A DNA stretch of 64,000 nucleotides from positions 26,907,504 to 26,971,503 of the forward strand of contig OZ037765.1 of the NCBI GenBank assembly GCA_964035545.1, written 5' to 3'. The first letter of the stretch is position 1. Every line of letters starts with the position of its first letter. This DNA comes from Bugula neritina. Taxonomy: Eukaryota; Animalia; Bryozoa. This document shows positions 14,501-28,700 of this stretch, in pieces. Both the position numbers and the translations under genes were made by a program. Below the pieces are notes generated by a model that did not search any database, was not told where the DNA came from, and worked only from the letters and a program-made list of their open reading frames with translations.

Positions 14501-17500
14501 ATTATGTTTATATCTAATAATACATATATCTAATAATACATATAATTATACTTACATTCAATGCGTTTGAATTGCCCGCCTGGCTGTAACTGTGACCTAT
14601 GTTTTCACAGTAAGTTACTTGTTTTAGAATGCCAGAAGTTTTTACATAGCTCAGTGGCACAGAGATCTGGCAGTGCAGTGTGAGAGATATGTCTCTAAAC
14701 AGTCGGCTCTAGATCCCTCTGAAGTGGATGAGATTGATAGATACACCGAGTTACAGAGAATGGCGGAGCTACAGAAGGGCAAACTACTGGTTAGTTTTTT
14801 AAAGTGTTGGTTATTTGATAGTAAGGGACCTTCTTGTTGTTTTATTTCTGAGAATTAGTATCAAATTTTATTTTTCTTACGCAGGAGCAATCTCTGGTCA
14901 AATGGAATACCTTTAAGACAAGCTCAAAGCTATCCTATTCAGTGGCCAGTGATGTCACCAAGTTTCTCACTTCACAAAGACCTTTTGCTCAAAGTTTTGA
15001 TCTTTATTTATCTCAGGTACGTGTCCATTTCTACTCATAATGTTAATTCTTCAAGATGGCATTATCTTGTAGTACTTCTTACCAGCCCCACATATCCATA
15101 AACATCATGGCTGGCTGAGTGATCTTTTAGTTTTGTAACACTGTTGTATATTTGCAGATACTGAAAGTGCTATCGGAGACTGTTGTAGCTGTGAGAACCA
15201 AGGCTATACGGTGTCTTACTCAAGTGATAGAGGCAGATCCCGGGGTGTTGGCTAGAATCAGCCTACGCAATGCTGTACATGCTAGATTGCTGGACCAATC
15301 AACTGCCGTGAGAGAGGCTTGCGTAGAGCTCATTGGGAAGTTTATTCTGAGCCGACCCGAGTTGATATCTCAGTACTACGATATGCTCTCAGCTCGCATC
15401 TTGGTCAGTACAAAAGTCTTTTGATGCGTGATATGTTTAAATAATTTGTTTTCATTGGTTTGTGATCACCAGTAGTATTAGACCTTGTGCAATTCTTTAG
15501 TGTTGCATGTGCTTCAGCTACCAAGAGTCATTTTAAAGTGATTTTCTTTATTATATGTGTAGTTACTTTATAGGCTCTTTGTTGCTCTGTTCAAACTGTG
15601 CTATTTACTCTTGTTTTTCTTTGATATCGCAGACACTAATGTTTATTTTTAAAAAGTACATGCTTGCATTACAATTGGAAGAAATCACTTTGTGGTATGT
15701 ATTTGTTTTCCCTTTTAGGATACTGGTATTAGCGTACGTAAGAGAGTGATAAAAATATTCAGAGATGTGTGCATTGAGATGCCCAACTTTGAGAAAATTC
15801 CAGACATGTGTGTGAAGATGATCCGCAGAGTCAATGACGAAGATGGAATTAAGGTGAGAGACTATTAGGCTTTTCAGTAACTAGTATGTAAATATCCGGT
15901 AGTTCTGGGGGAATGTTAGTCTATACTAGTTATGCAAAGTATAAACTCTTTTTGTTACACTATAATTTTATGACTCCCATTAAAAATATATAATTGTTAA
16001 ATAATTAACCATCTTGTTGGAGAACGGAATCATTTAAACTTTTATTGAAAATTTTGTGCTAAAAAATGAAAGTGTGTAGTATAGCTACATGTATGTGAGT
16101 GTACATATAATTTATTTTTCCTACTAGGAATTTACTTTCTAATTTAATCATTAATATGTTCATATTGTAGAAGCTAGTTAGTGAAGTTTTCCAGTCGATG
16201 TGGTTCACTCCGGTCAGAGATAAAGACAGCGAGAAACTGAGGAGAAAGGTTTTAAATATAACAGCTGTTATATCTGCCATACAGGATGCCAACTATGAGT
16301 TTATGGAGCAACTAATGAAACACGTAATTCTTCAAATATGATTATAAATTTACTTAACATAATGTTAAAATGTTTCCGCTTTACACCTTAATATCAAGAC
16401 CTCACATAACGCATTTCATTTTGTGCTTTGCAATATCTCACTGTAGCCATGCTGTAATCATGAAGAGTTATTTTTTTTGCCTCATTATAACCGTATCAGG
16501 ACGGTCCATTGCATTCATACCGTAATTATGGGGAGTTATCTCTCTTCAATGTCTCAGTTTTATTTATTTATAAAAATTGTATTAAATAATAAGATACCAA
16601 GGCATAGCTATCTTTAAACTTTGCAATATGTGGACTACTTTGTTACATTCAGTCACCTGTCATAATAATTTCTTGTTTTATCCTGCAACACACTCCATGA
16701 ATGCCATGTGTGATCTGTTGCAGCTTTTGCACAAGGAATCTGAATCCAGCAGTAAACCAATGGAGACTTCCTGTAAACAGATTGTTGATTGTCTAGTCAC
16801 GAATATAATAAAGTTAGAGAGGAGAGCCGTGGAGTTGTCTGAAGGGCAGGTGAGACCAGTGTTTGCGTGGCTCATGAATTCATATCTGTTTGTGAAATGC
16901 ACATGAAACTGACACCTCCAAAAGTCTGCATTATTCAAACTCTATTCCATCCATTCTTTGACTGGATATGGAGAAGTGCCCAACAGTTTTGAAAAGCTTT
17001 TTTATGATTGTTTGTTGAAACTAGCTAAATAGGTTTTAATGTTAATAGAATGCTAAAGTGTGTTGCATTGTAAATATGTGCTGCTGTAGATGGCAACATC
17101 ACGAGACCTGCTCGCTAGTCTCTCAACTCTTCATCTGTTCAGCAAGATTCGCCCCGACCTCATGGTCCCTCACGCCGAAACACTTCAGCCATACCTGGAA
17201 GTCAAAGCCAGTGTAAGTCTTCATTCATGCTTATTTTCTACGTGAATTTCACTTCTTACTTTGTATGTCAACTGAAATGTTCATACAGTTAGAATACTGT
17301 GTTATATAATGCACAGTAAGTTGTATCTTAATAAATGCACATTCTATTTTGCTGTGTAGAACTCAGCTGACATCATGGTGTTGCATCACGTGGCTAGAAT
17401 CCTTGAACTTGTCATTCCTCTGATAGGAAACCCCAGAGAATCCTTCCTATCCCAGGTTAGTGGCTTATAATCTCCAAGCTAAGTATTTAATAATATCAGT

Positions 17501-20500
17501 ATTTGCTAAGATGTGTTGCTATTAGGAAACTTCATTACATTGACTTTGTAGGTTGAAGATGACTTAATGTCCCTGATACTATCACAAGGCATGACTGTGC
17601 TACAAAGTGCCATCAGCTGCCTCGGTGCTGTGGTTAATAAAGTCACCAAAAATTTTGATCTTGTCAAAGACTGCTTCAAGAAATTGCAGAGTAAGTACCA
17701 GTCACTTCATAGTTTTACTAACAGAAAATGTTGAAATGTCATTTCTTTTCTGAACCTGAAAGTCCAGATAATTTATTTTGCTTGCGTAGTTTAGAAATTT
17801 TGTCCTTCCGTGTTTTAGAGACTAAATTCTATTACATGTAGAGTTGTGTGCCCCTGTACTATAATAACTGCTGTGTTGCAGATATACTGTTCAATTGTCA
17901 CAAGCAGCACAAAGTTAACCCCACAAACCCGGCACTGGTGAGCCGTAAAGGTGCCCTTCGCAGATCTCTCTTTACTGTTGGTGTGCTCTGCCGACACTTT
18001 GACTTTGATAGCCCTGAAATGAACATGAATATACAGAACGCAAGCTCCGTTGAGGACTTTGTGTTTGAGCAGCTAATGTATTTCCTGTGGCATGAAGATG
18101 AGACCATCAGACAGCAAGCGCTTACTGCCATTGGTAAGATTTCTCAGTATTCAGTTCAGATTTCAACTATTCCTGCCTTAAATAACTCTACTAACCTATG
18201 CAGGTTTCTGGCGCCAAACTTGTTGCCCTAAAGCAACTGATGTGTAGATTTTTTACTAGAACTTTTGTTGAAAAAAACTCACCCAGTTTTATAGCGTGTA
18301 GTCTAAATGCTGGCAATGTAAGGTCCCATCGTATCGTTTAGATAAATTTAATATGCCTTGAATATATTATATGGGCAGATAATACTGACTGTAGTATTGA
18401 GTAGTTGTGTTCTCTCTTCAAAAGAGAAATCTATTCATACAAGTTGCCTTTTCATTAGCATAAATATGCATGCGTTTTTTTTCTGCTTATTTTTTGTGAA
18501 TGTTTCAACATTCTGTTTTTCAATCTCCACTGTCGCTTGTATTTATTGCTGCTTTAATGTCTACCTCCAAATTAAACTGTTACTGGCACTCTAACTTTAT
18601 TGAGACTTTTGGTCTAGCCTCCTATCTTATTAATACACATCTCACACTAACTGCATCTTTTAGTCGAATTAAGTCATCACTATCTCTATTAAAATAATTG
18701 GTGAACTGCAGTTTTAGTTTTGTATATTACTTTTTCAATCAAAGAGATTATCACTTTTAACTGAGAATCTGGCAATATTGGATATCATGTCTGAGATGTC
18801 ATTTTTCTTAAAACATTTTAGAATTCTTTGATTTATTGTAGCCTGTCATATGAGCAATTTATATGAATAACTTGTAACTTTTTATAATTTGACATTGTGT
18901 GTATCAGAATAAGTTTACTGTATGCTTTGTTAACTGACCAGTAAGCACCATGCCATTTCTGTTTGCCAGGATTCTTCTGTATCCGTTACTATGAGAAGAT
19001 GATGAGCAACAGGGTGAAGGACTTGTATCACCGTCTGCTTATTGGTAAAGATGTGGCGGCAGAAATGAGGGTGCAAGTTCTGAATAATCTCGGGAAATAC
19101 CTCCAGGAAGAGGAAGAAACTTGTGTCAAAGCTGAAGAGGAGTGGAAAAAGCAGGCTGAGGGGGAAGACTTGAAGGAGATGGGAGATGTACAATCTGGGT
19201 GTGTATCAATGCTTCGCTTGTAACGAGTTTGCAATCTGAGAAATTGTAGTTATTTTAATAGACAGTTTTGTGATATGTGATAAGGCAAGTGGGATGTGCA
19301 AAGCTTGTTAATGAGTTGGGGGGGGGCAAAAAGTAAGTTTGTATTTTTTATAATTGGAACTGAAATTCTAATTTTATTGTTATATTTGAGGCTAACAGTA
19401 CAGATCAGTTGCACATTTGGTAATTATGTGCTAGAAATATGTGTACATATCGTAAGTTAGCATATACCAAATTAGGTCCAGAGTCTTGTGTTTTTTCCAC
19501 ATTTATCGGCATAAGCTGTAGCGAATATTCATAGTACGAGAAGTTGTGTGTTCATTCATCAAAGTAAGTTTGTGCCTAACCTGAATGCTAAACCAAATTT
19601 GTGAAAATCTAGTTAGCAGTAAAACTTATGCCAATACATATGTTACCTCCAGAATGGCCAGTACAATAGTTCAAGTATTCCTAAAGCAAGTGCTAGAGTC
19701 GTACTTCAACAGCCAGACTCCTGTTAGAGTGGCAGCAGTAAGCGTGTTGCATCTCATTCTGAAACAGGGACTTGTTCACCCAGTACAGGTAGGCACTCTC
19801 TTTAGCACATATCACTTTCTATAGTTTAGAGCAGATGACTTTGCTATTCCTGTATGAAAGTAAGTATATTTACAGAAATGGTGTATTTGTTGAATTTTAA
19901 TGAACGATAAAATGTTGTGTACATAATCTGACTGCTAACATTTTAATGATTACTAATTTCAGTGCGTGCCGTACCTGATAGCCATGAGCACGGATTGTGA
20001 GAGTCAGATAACAATAAAAGCCGACCAACATTTGGTAGAAATTGACAAAAAATATGCCGGCTTTATTCACGTGAGTTTCCTTAGTAAACTATTTCTGTGT
20101 GAAAGCACCACACTGCATTGTATAACATAATCTCCATATCACATGGTTTATACTGCATAGCAGTAGAGTTTCTTCGCTCTTTCCTATTAGATATCATCAG
20201 CTAAAACTATGTACACACTTTAGCTTAAGTATTGTCTGTGTGTTAATTAGATGAAAGCGATGGCTGGTATGAAGATGTCCTACAGATTACACAGGCTAAT
20301 ACAGCAGGACATGTATCAGCCACTCAGAGGTATTCGTAATGATGACAACCCTCAGGCCCTGAACCATCACCTCTATTCCATCATCAGAACTCACCGGCCC
20401 CACAGACGCGCTCTAATCACCAACCTACTCAACTTGTTTGACGACACTGCAGTAAGTGTGTCTTGAACTGCAATTCTATATTATGGTTACTAAATATTCA

Positions 20501-23350
20501 TGTTTTTTTGTAAAGCGTTGACCATTACATAAAGTTTCGTGTTTAATATTAATATTTAAATATGAGCCTCAGCTGTGGACTTGATGTCGGTTTGATGGAA
20601 CTGAATTTCACTTCCTCTTGTTATGCCAACTATTCAACTTACCTGTCCATTGTTGTAGAAGACCCTGTTAGGAGAACTTGTGTATATGGCTGACAACATA
20701 GCCTTTTTCCCTTACTCTACAGCTGATGAGTCTCTCTATATCGTACATAATATTGATATAATCGTATCTGTTGCTGGTTCCAACATACTCCAATCATTCA
20801 GAGAGGTGAGGCATCTAACTATCTATTTAACGTATTCATTTCATAAACAGACCAGTAAGCTCTCGGAAAAAAACACCACAATCGTATTGCTGACTTAGAA
20901 AATTTGAAATTGTAACAAAGTTTTTGGTCAATTAGTAAAGTAATTTTTTTGCAACATCGCCTGTTTTTTGCCAACAATTTATCTTAGAAAAATACCTTAC
21001 TTAATGTTGAGGCAGTTGTAGCTTCTGGAAATTTTTGAAAATCTGCGAGACTTTTAACATTATAAACTAGTTTCTATTGCAAGATGCCTAAATTAAAATT
21101 TAGTTGAAAATTTGAAGTTTATCTGGTTTTTTAAGTTACTCTTCCCAATTAAAAAGTCCAACATCTTAATTTGTTGTTGTAACTCACCCTTCTCAGTGCC
21201 CTTGATTTTGTGGAAGTGCATGTTGGTGGATTCTCTGTTTTAAGGGTATTCTAACCAAAGATGGTGTGCCGTTTGAACCACCACAAGAAGTAGAGACCAC
21301 GTATACAGACCCAGAAACTGGAGAGGTTAAAGTCACCAAGACAATGACTGGCGGTACAGCGTAAGTTATAATCATAGCTGTTTGGATCTTTAGATATTTA
21401 AATTTAGCAGGACTAATTCACAGATATTTTCACCTTATACAATAATAAGAGCAAATCATTTTTTCTGATAGTTACTCTAGTGGTGTTATGTGTGAAGGAA
21501 AAGTTTCGTGTTTATACTACAGGCTGGATGAAGATGACGACGATGATATTGAATCACTAATTGCCAGATTACCTGATGATTGTTCTCATCTCCAGGACCT
21601 CATTGTCACTTCACAGGGTTGCACTCTCCTACTCCAAGTAAAGCAGCATCTCAAGGAGATGTATAATATTAATGACAGGTAAACAAAAATAACTCCAGGC
21701 TGTTTATTTAGGTTTTCACACTTGTAATTATTTTAAAAAATAATATGTTCAAATACAAAAAATATGGATTTTTTTTATTGGTGCTGTATTTTTATCAAAT
21801 TTATTTATAATACTTTGCAGTCGAGCTAAATTTATATGTTAATTAGTAAAGGCAAAGCTGTCTAGTTGTATTCATGCAGTATTAAAATAACAAGGAAAAT
21901 CTCAATTCAATATAGTTTTAAGGTTGTGCCTAAGCAACTTGGTTTTATGACGATATTTGGTCATGGTCTTGTAAATACTTTCTGCAAAGATTAAAGGCAC
22001 CTTTTTGGGGGGTTTTGTATTTTTCTAGAATATATTTCCCAGGTTACATCACGCTACTTGGGCTAGAATAAATAAGCCTCAATTTTTCTAATGATCACAG
22101 TTGATTGAAGGCTATTAAATGTTTGCTTCTTATTTCTTTCAGTAAACTGCAAAAATACTCTCCCAATGAAGCACAGAAAGTGTGGGAAAGACCGGTTAGT
22201 CGTAAAGTTACCAACAAGTTCAATCCTAATCAAGCATTAGAACTTCTCAAACTTGGTTCACCCACTCTAGACACTATCGACTCTGAGGGGAAGCAGAAGC
22301 TGATAGAAGATTATCTTGAGGTACTTTATTATGTGGCAGGCTTTAGCAGCTGTTAGAAAAAGTCTGATGGCGGTTAGGATTAGTTTGTAGCCAAACAATA
22401 ACATTTGTGAACTATTAAAATCAAAGTGAACTCAATAATAGTAGGAAAGCATATGAGTCAGTTTACTTCATTTAGTACACACCAGCAACTTATGACCTAA
22501 CATTAAAGTTTGCTCAAAATCAATTGAAATTTACTATACATGGTATTTTTATGTGCTGGTTTTAACTACGCATAACAGAAAAGGCTGGGAGGGGATTCCC
22601 CAACATTAAAGCACAGGTCATTGTCATATGCACTTAATATTTTATGTGCGGCCTTTACGTTTTTTTTCGTAACGGTCCGTAACTAAAACTAGCTGAATAA
22701 TTAGGGAAAAACATGGGGAATGAAGCAAAATTAAAAAGGACTTTGATTGTTTAGGTGTATTTATTGGTGTTTTACTAGTTTTGGCCAAAAGACCATGTTC
22801 ATTACCAGCTAAATTGTAAAAAATAGCCAAAAACTGAAGATATCCAGTGTGTACTAAATTAAGTAAAGTGACCCATATACAGATCAGTTAGGATGCAGCT
22901 TGTTGTTGTGACTGGTCAAGCTTGAAGGGACACACTGTGACAACTAGCTGCTCCATGGCAATGAACTTTTTATAGACCAGAGATTTTAAAAAGCAGTTGA
23001 TGGCATACATGTGTATTTACCAATTGTAGTTTAAACACTTGATGATGTCGGTTGACCCCAACGACGACGATGAAGATGAGAAAGAGCGAAAGGGAGCAGC
23101 TACACCTCCAGCTGGTGCTGAAGACTTTAATGATCCTGAGCACCCAGGCTATGCTGATCCTCAGCTAGAAATTACTTCTTTTGGTGTTGACGAGGCAGAT
23201 GCTTTAGCAGCTACTATGCAGCCTACGGTAATTTTGTCTTGTTGTGTTTAATGTTGTTTTATCTTTTCGCACAAATGTGAAACCTTGGTATGCTTTAATA
23301 ATTTGTATTTTCTATAGACTAGAAGAAGATCTTTAAGAAAAAGAAAATAA
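5579..23350 (+). CDS. NIPBL: Nipped-B-like protein (cohesin loader, Scc2), multi-exon, full length
   Basis: Start exon MNGEVQPPVTVPIVTLAGLSNLT and next exon LLTELPLPTP..SLLFNPRVADEA match the NIPBL N-terminus. HEAT-region exons include VYLEDLIE, LAVQPFFVENISELQL, DYRPLFDNFVNDLL..PEWPAAE, VRTKAIRCL, QGLVHPVQCVPYLIA and YMADNIAFFPY. Terminal exon 23318-23350 (TRRRSLRKRK*) has AATAAA; an alternative terminal exon lies at 23679-23828. Confidence 0.97.
11831..11966. repeat. Intronic minisatellite, 26-bp unit GTAGTGTACCTACACCACTCTAGTTA x about 5.2
   Basis: Five near-identical tandem copies with no spacers, ending about 30 bp before a NIPBL acceptor. Confidence 0.95.
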
Positions 23351-25747
23351 AATTCATAATGTAAAATATTTACAGTTACATGTTCAATATTTGACTGTTC
23401 AACTTATTGTTTTCTGTGTTGTCATACAGTTGTATGCAAGCCTTTGCATGTTATTCAAGTGTTTGTGTAGCTTTATTTAATAAGTAGGCTGAAGTTCTTT
23501 GTTATAAGGAAAAAGGTTTTATTTTCTGAACATCAACTTCATGGTCTAAATTTGGCTGTATTTTGTTTGAATATGTCTGCATAGTTTGAATTTGTATTTG
23601 GGTAACCTAGTATAGTTCTAAAATAAGCTTCAAACTGCTTAGTCCACTTGATGTTTACTTTCTGGTATTGCTTTGTAGATATCACTGATGCCAATTGGGG
23701 AAATTCCCCCAGAATACTTAGACCAGCTGTATGCTCCCTCAACTAGTGGGGCTCAGATGGGAAACCCAATGGCTACAGTAGAATCTGCACCCAGGAATAC
23801 TTGGGATGATGATACGGATGAAGATTAAAGGGATTCAATTTACTGTGGTTATTGAATTTTATGTGTATATTTTGCCCACTGTAATTATTGTAATTACCAT
23901 TTCAGATTAAAACTGTAACACTGTACATTTTATGTACATAGATTCATTACGTCATGTTGCTTATTATGTTTATTATATTAATTATCAATATTTGTTTACT
24001 TTGAAGGTGACACATTCAACTGGTGACATTCATAGAAAGCTATGAAAGCATATTTTTTCATTATTGAAGTCAAGACTTTTTATCATATCAATGTAACAAT
24101 AAATACATGTTTATTCAGTAATATATCAAAATCTACTGTTTAAATTTGACTACAATAATACCAAAAGTTCAGTGAAAAATGTAATAAATAGACCAATCAA
24201 TCTAGACAATCCCTCCCCCAAGAAGTTGAAGCAATGTTTAAGACATAGCTTTTTTGGTTTTCATTCTATATACAGGTGAGTAGTAATATTAAAAATTTGA
24301 CTTCATCAAGCTGCACAGTAGTTATAAATACTGCTATAATATTATAGTCTTATAACTCCTCCCTTTAAATTTAATTAACTGCAGTTTCTAAAGTTTTACA
24401 ATATTTTTTAAAAATGGCAGTTGCAGAAATTAAGGTTGCTCTAATACTGTTCATTGCCAAACACTCACAAAAAGTTTGTCCGTGTTGACCAAATGTGAAG
24501 ACAGTAGAATGTTTATACTTGATTTTGATTTGAGTTGTTAAAAAAATGGAGCTCAAGTTCTTACTGCATCTACCCTAGGGTATAGATAATGGTTAATGTG
24601 AGCAAGTGACCTAGTAGGTATTCTAAAATCTAGATTATGCTACCTGCCAAAATTGAACACAAGATATAGCTGGAGATGAAAACCTTTCATTAAATTGTAA
24701 AATAAAATATGCATTTCAACAAGTTCCGCTTGATGTTTAAACATTTGTAACGTTTAAGGCTAGACTAAATGTCAATTGCGGCTATAAATCCTTTTGAAAA
24801 CGCAGCTTGAATTCTATAACCAGCACAGTTAGTATATCTAGCATATATGCTTATTTAACAGAGTATGGTACATAACTATTTCTATATGTTTTAAAATCAT
24901 AATTTAACTTGATTCAAATTTTACTTGGCAAGTTTCTTATGAAAATAATCGCTTTTTAAAACCATTGCGCCCTGAAAATAAATTAGATGCAGTAATAAAC
25001 TGCTATAGCCTAGGTTTTGGGGTGCAGGTTATAAACGTCGCAAATATATAACTTTTGCTATCCTTTTCGTCTAAAACATAAGCATTTCCAAGTTTCTTCC
25101 ATTACTGGACCTACTTCATAGTTCATAAAAGCTTCGATTTCCCTAGCTCGTTTTCACATTATTGTTTACGAATGTATGTTGATTTTTTGGTAACCATCAA
25201 TAAAGACTGTGTTTGATAAGAAAGTACTACAAAAGTATGATAAACTCATAAAAATAAGATCACTTTAAATTTTATTCTAACAAAATATTTCAAAGCTCCA
25301 GCATAAAAACCCAAACAATATTTTTCCAATATGCTAGCTAAAATATGAAAGCAATATATATTCATAATAAATATAACAAATCAAGTCCAAAATAAAAATG
25401 TGATAGATAGTACTTTATAGAAGACATACCATTGCAAATGAATTTATGCTTTTGCAGTCAAAAGTGTAGGAACAGCAAGTTTAAACTAGTCTTGTCTTTG
25501 TAAAGTGAACAATTGTAGGACTTGGTATGTTAAGCAATTGAATTTAAGGCACATATCAAGTTCCATTGAAAGTATAATGTAGAACAGTTGCACCAACAAT
25601 TTGGATCAGTGACTTGCACAGTATTGAAAAAATAAAATGTTTGATACTTTCCATATGACAAAGTATATAATATGAATAAAATTATACAGCTCTATACCAA
25701 ACCCCAGATCGTTTGAGCAGCATAGTATTTCATATGACTGTTGATGG

Positions 25748-28700
25748 TTAAATAAATTTTGCAGGATCAAAGGGAGACAAATCAATAGTTGAGTTTCCAT
25801 GAACAATGAGCTCCGCAAGACTTTTGCCAGTAGCAGGGGCGTTGAGGATGCCCCGGCTAGAATGTCCAGCAGCAATATACAGCTTCCCATGGTGGTTGGG
25901 TATCAGGCCAATAGCAGGCACATTGCTTTCTGGAAGAGGAAGGTAACAAGCGTGTCCTGTTTCTAGTTTACTACCTACAATGAGAGAGCACAACTTTACA
26001 TAACGAGATGCTGGTGAATCAGCAAACATATTATGTTTGCTGGTTCACTATATTTAGTATATCATGGCTAAAACTTGGTATTGTAATTTTTTGGTGGTCA
26101 GATTTAGTCTTCTATCTATTATTTGTAATGACGCACATTACCATAATGTGTTGATGTGCATCATTACAAATAATAAATAGAAGACCAAAGTCTGATAGCA
26201 AGAATTACAACGCCAAATTTTAGCAATGACTAACTACAAATGGTAAATCAGACGAAAATACTATTTATTGTGGCCAGTACATTAATAAACAGTTTAAAAA
26301 ATTAACAAGAAAACTTGTTCTTGCATGAAATGCAAATCATAATATTCATGAATCAAACTGTTCCATGACAAGTATATCAACAGAAAAGGCTGTGTATTAA
26401 GGGTAGCTTATATAAGATTGCGTTTAAGCAATAGTAACATATTCTTCTAAATCATCCAAACTAAATCTGCTACCACCACATATCTCCACGGTGACTACCT
26501 TCCAATGTTGAGCTGATGTTAGCTCCAACTTTATGAAGAAAATTCAATGACTCTGAACTGGGTTCAACGAGACCGGCATGTTCAGGCAATGGTTCATAAT
26601 CCGTACGACCACAGATATACACAGTGCCATCAGGTCTTGGATAAACTTCAGGGTTATCATTCCCTACATAGCCATTTAATTATTTATTTTTCATCCTATA
26701 TAACTGTGCAAAACAAATTTTCAGCATGATTAAAAGTAGTAATTTAGTTATGCTAAATGTTAATTTTTGTTATTTATGCTTTTAGTCTTGGAAAAAAAGA
26801 ACTGGCAAAGCATTTTACCAAATTTCCAAAACTCATTTTATGAAAATTGCCTATTGGCAATTTTTGAAGCATAAATAACCTTATTCCGTATGTTTGTGTT
26901 AGTTTTCACATGTCATTCACAAAAATTGATATCTAGTATAAACAATTGGACAATGTATGCTGCTTACCATCTTTACTTCTGTAGTTGACAAAGAGAGCGT
27001 GAGCGGATACAGGTTCACTAGGGGTTATGACAATATGGTGCGCCCTGCACGCCCCAATAGTAGGCAGCTTATGACCGAACCATTGGTTGGCTACATTAGT
27101 CCACGGACCCATAGCTAGAACCAGCTTATCACAAGGTAATGTTCCTTTATTCTAAATATCAACAGACAACAATATATTTAATCAATAGATGGCTGAGTTT
27201 ACACATCTCTTGTCATCTAACTTTTAATATCATTAGAGAGTTATGGATTTAATGAGCATATCTAACATAGGGATATGTAGTAAAATAAATGTTATGATAG
27301 AGAAAGGTCTTGTGCAGGGTTATACAGTACGTAAATAAGACCTATTCTGGGTGTGGAATATATTTTTAAGGTATACAAAGCTGATTAGAATCATATGGTT
27401 TTCTAATGATACAAAAAAGTTCTGAAGGCAAAAAACCTTTAAAATGACATAAATACTTATACTTGATAAAATTAATGCTGAATCAAAAATTGAGTATCTC
27501 GAGAGAAACATTTTCTTAAGAACTAACTGTGTGTCTGGTGTTACAAAATTATTGCCAACACAAGTGATATAAATAGAATAAGTCAACATATTAAAGCTCG
27601 GACCTTTCATAAAACACGAGTAGTTAGCCATGTGGGGATAATTCCAACAGTTTAATCAAAACTTCTAGTTTCATCTGAGCAAATACCTGAAGGTTGACAG
27701 CTTTGATAAAGGTCTTGTCTTCATTAGAAAACTCCACACCAACAACTTGGTCTATTATCACTTCACATCCTTTCTTCTGCGCTGCTTCAATAAAGCATTT
27801 AGATAACTTTTTCGGGTGAACCTAGAAAACGCATTTCACAAAGATGTGCATGCCATGTAGAGATGGAAACACTCTTATTGGCTACAAGCAGCAGACAGGA
27901 AGTGATGTACCTGAGCAGTGTTTGTCAAGTCACCAAGAACATCCGTGTGACCAATAGCTGACCCATCCACCCAATCTGGAACACTTGGTGAGCTCTTTGT
28001 TTTTTTGCTGTCTTCCTTTACCATTACCTGAAAAATTTCCAAATTATCATCTAGCTTGTGGCATTACTAATTTTTATTGCACTCAACTGCATTTATTCCT
28101 TCTAAAAACTATTTGATATAATTATTTGACAAAAATAATGCCAAACAATAAATTGTTACAACTTTCCAATTTTTCTCTGGAAAAGCAATACCTCAAGTGT
28201 ATCAACTGCTCTATAATCGCTGTCAAACATGGCCCCATATTTTTTATGCAGATCAAAACTCTCTCTACTAAGAGGTCCAGTGGGGCTATGATCAGACCAG
28301 TTTCTGAAAATTATGTCACCGTACGTTAGCTATGAGCCCTAATTGAATCAATTAGATTCAAAATGATGGTACATTTTATTATTATGTGCTACCTGCGAAA
28401 TTTTCATATAATAATACATCTTATAATACTTATGTGAATATGGCTAAGCAATTGAACAGATTTTTCATATTTTTAAAACATAATGGTAAAAAATTTTGTT
28501 AGAAACTCCTCTAATTTTATACAATAGACCCTTTTCAAATGTCCCTCTAGGGGCTTTTATAATTTGAAGTTGTCTCCTCCCACCCGGTATATGGGGGAGT
28601 CTATATGATATATAGAAAGTCATAAAATCAGGAGAAATTTAAGGTTTGTGTGAGGACTATTGCTAGCATGAGTTTTTTTTTTCTGAGATAAATATTTTGG

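Noticed and set aside
24561-24995. MITE bounded by TTACTGCATCTA/TAGATGCAGTAA
   Set aside because: Only a 12-bp inverted match, with no clear TSD and no second copy in the window.
27320-27631. 103-aa intronic ORF repeated at 45553-45867 (likewise 18358/42397, 28126/46362, 28751/46987)
   Set aside because: The recurrence is explained by the recent duplication; there are no motifs and the composition is intronic.
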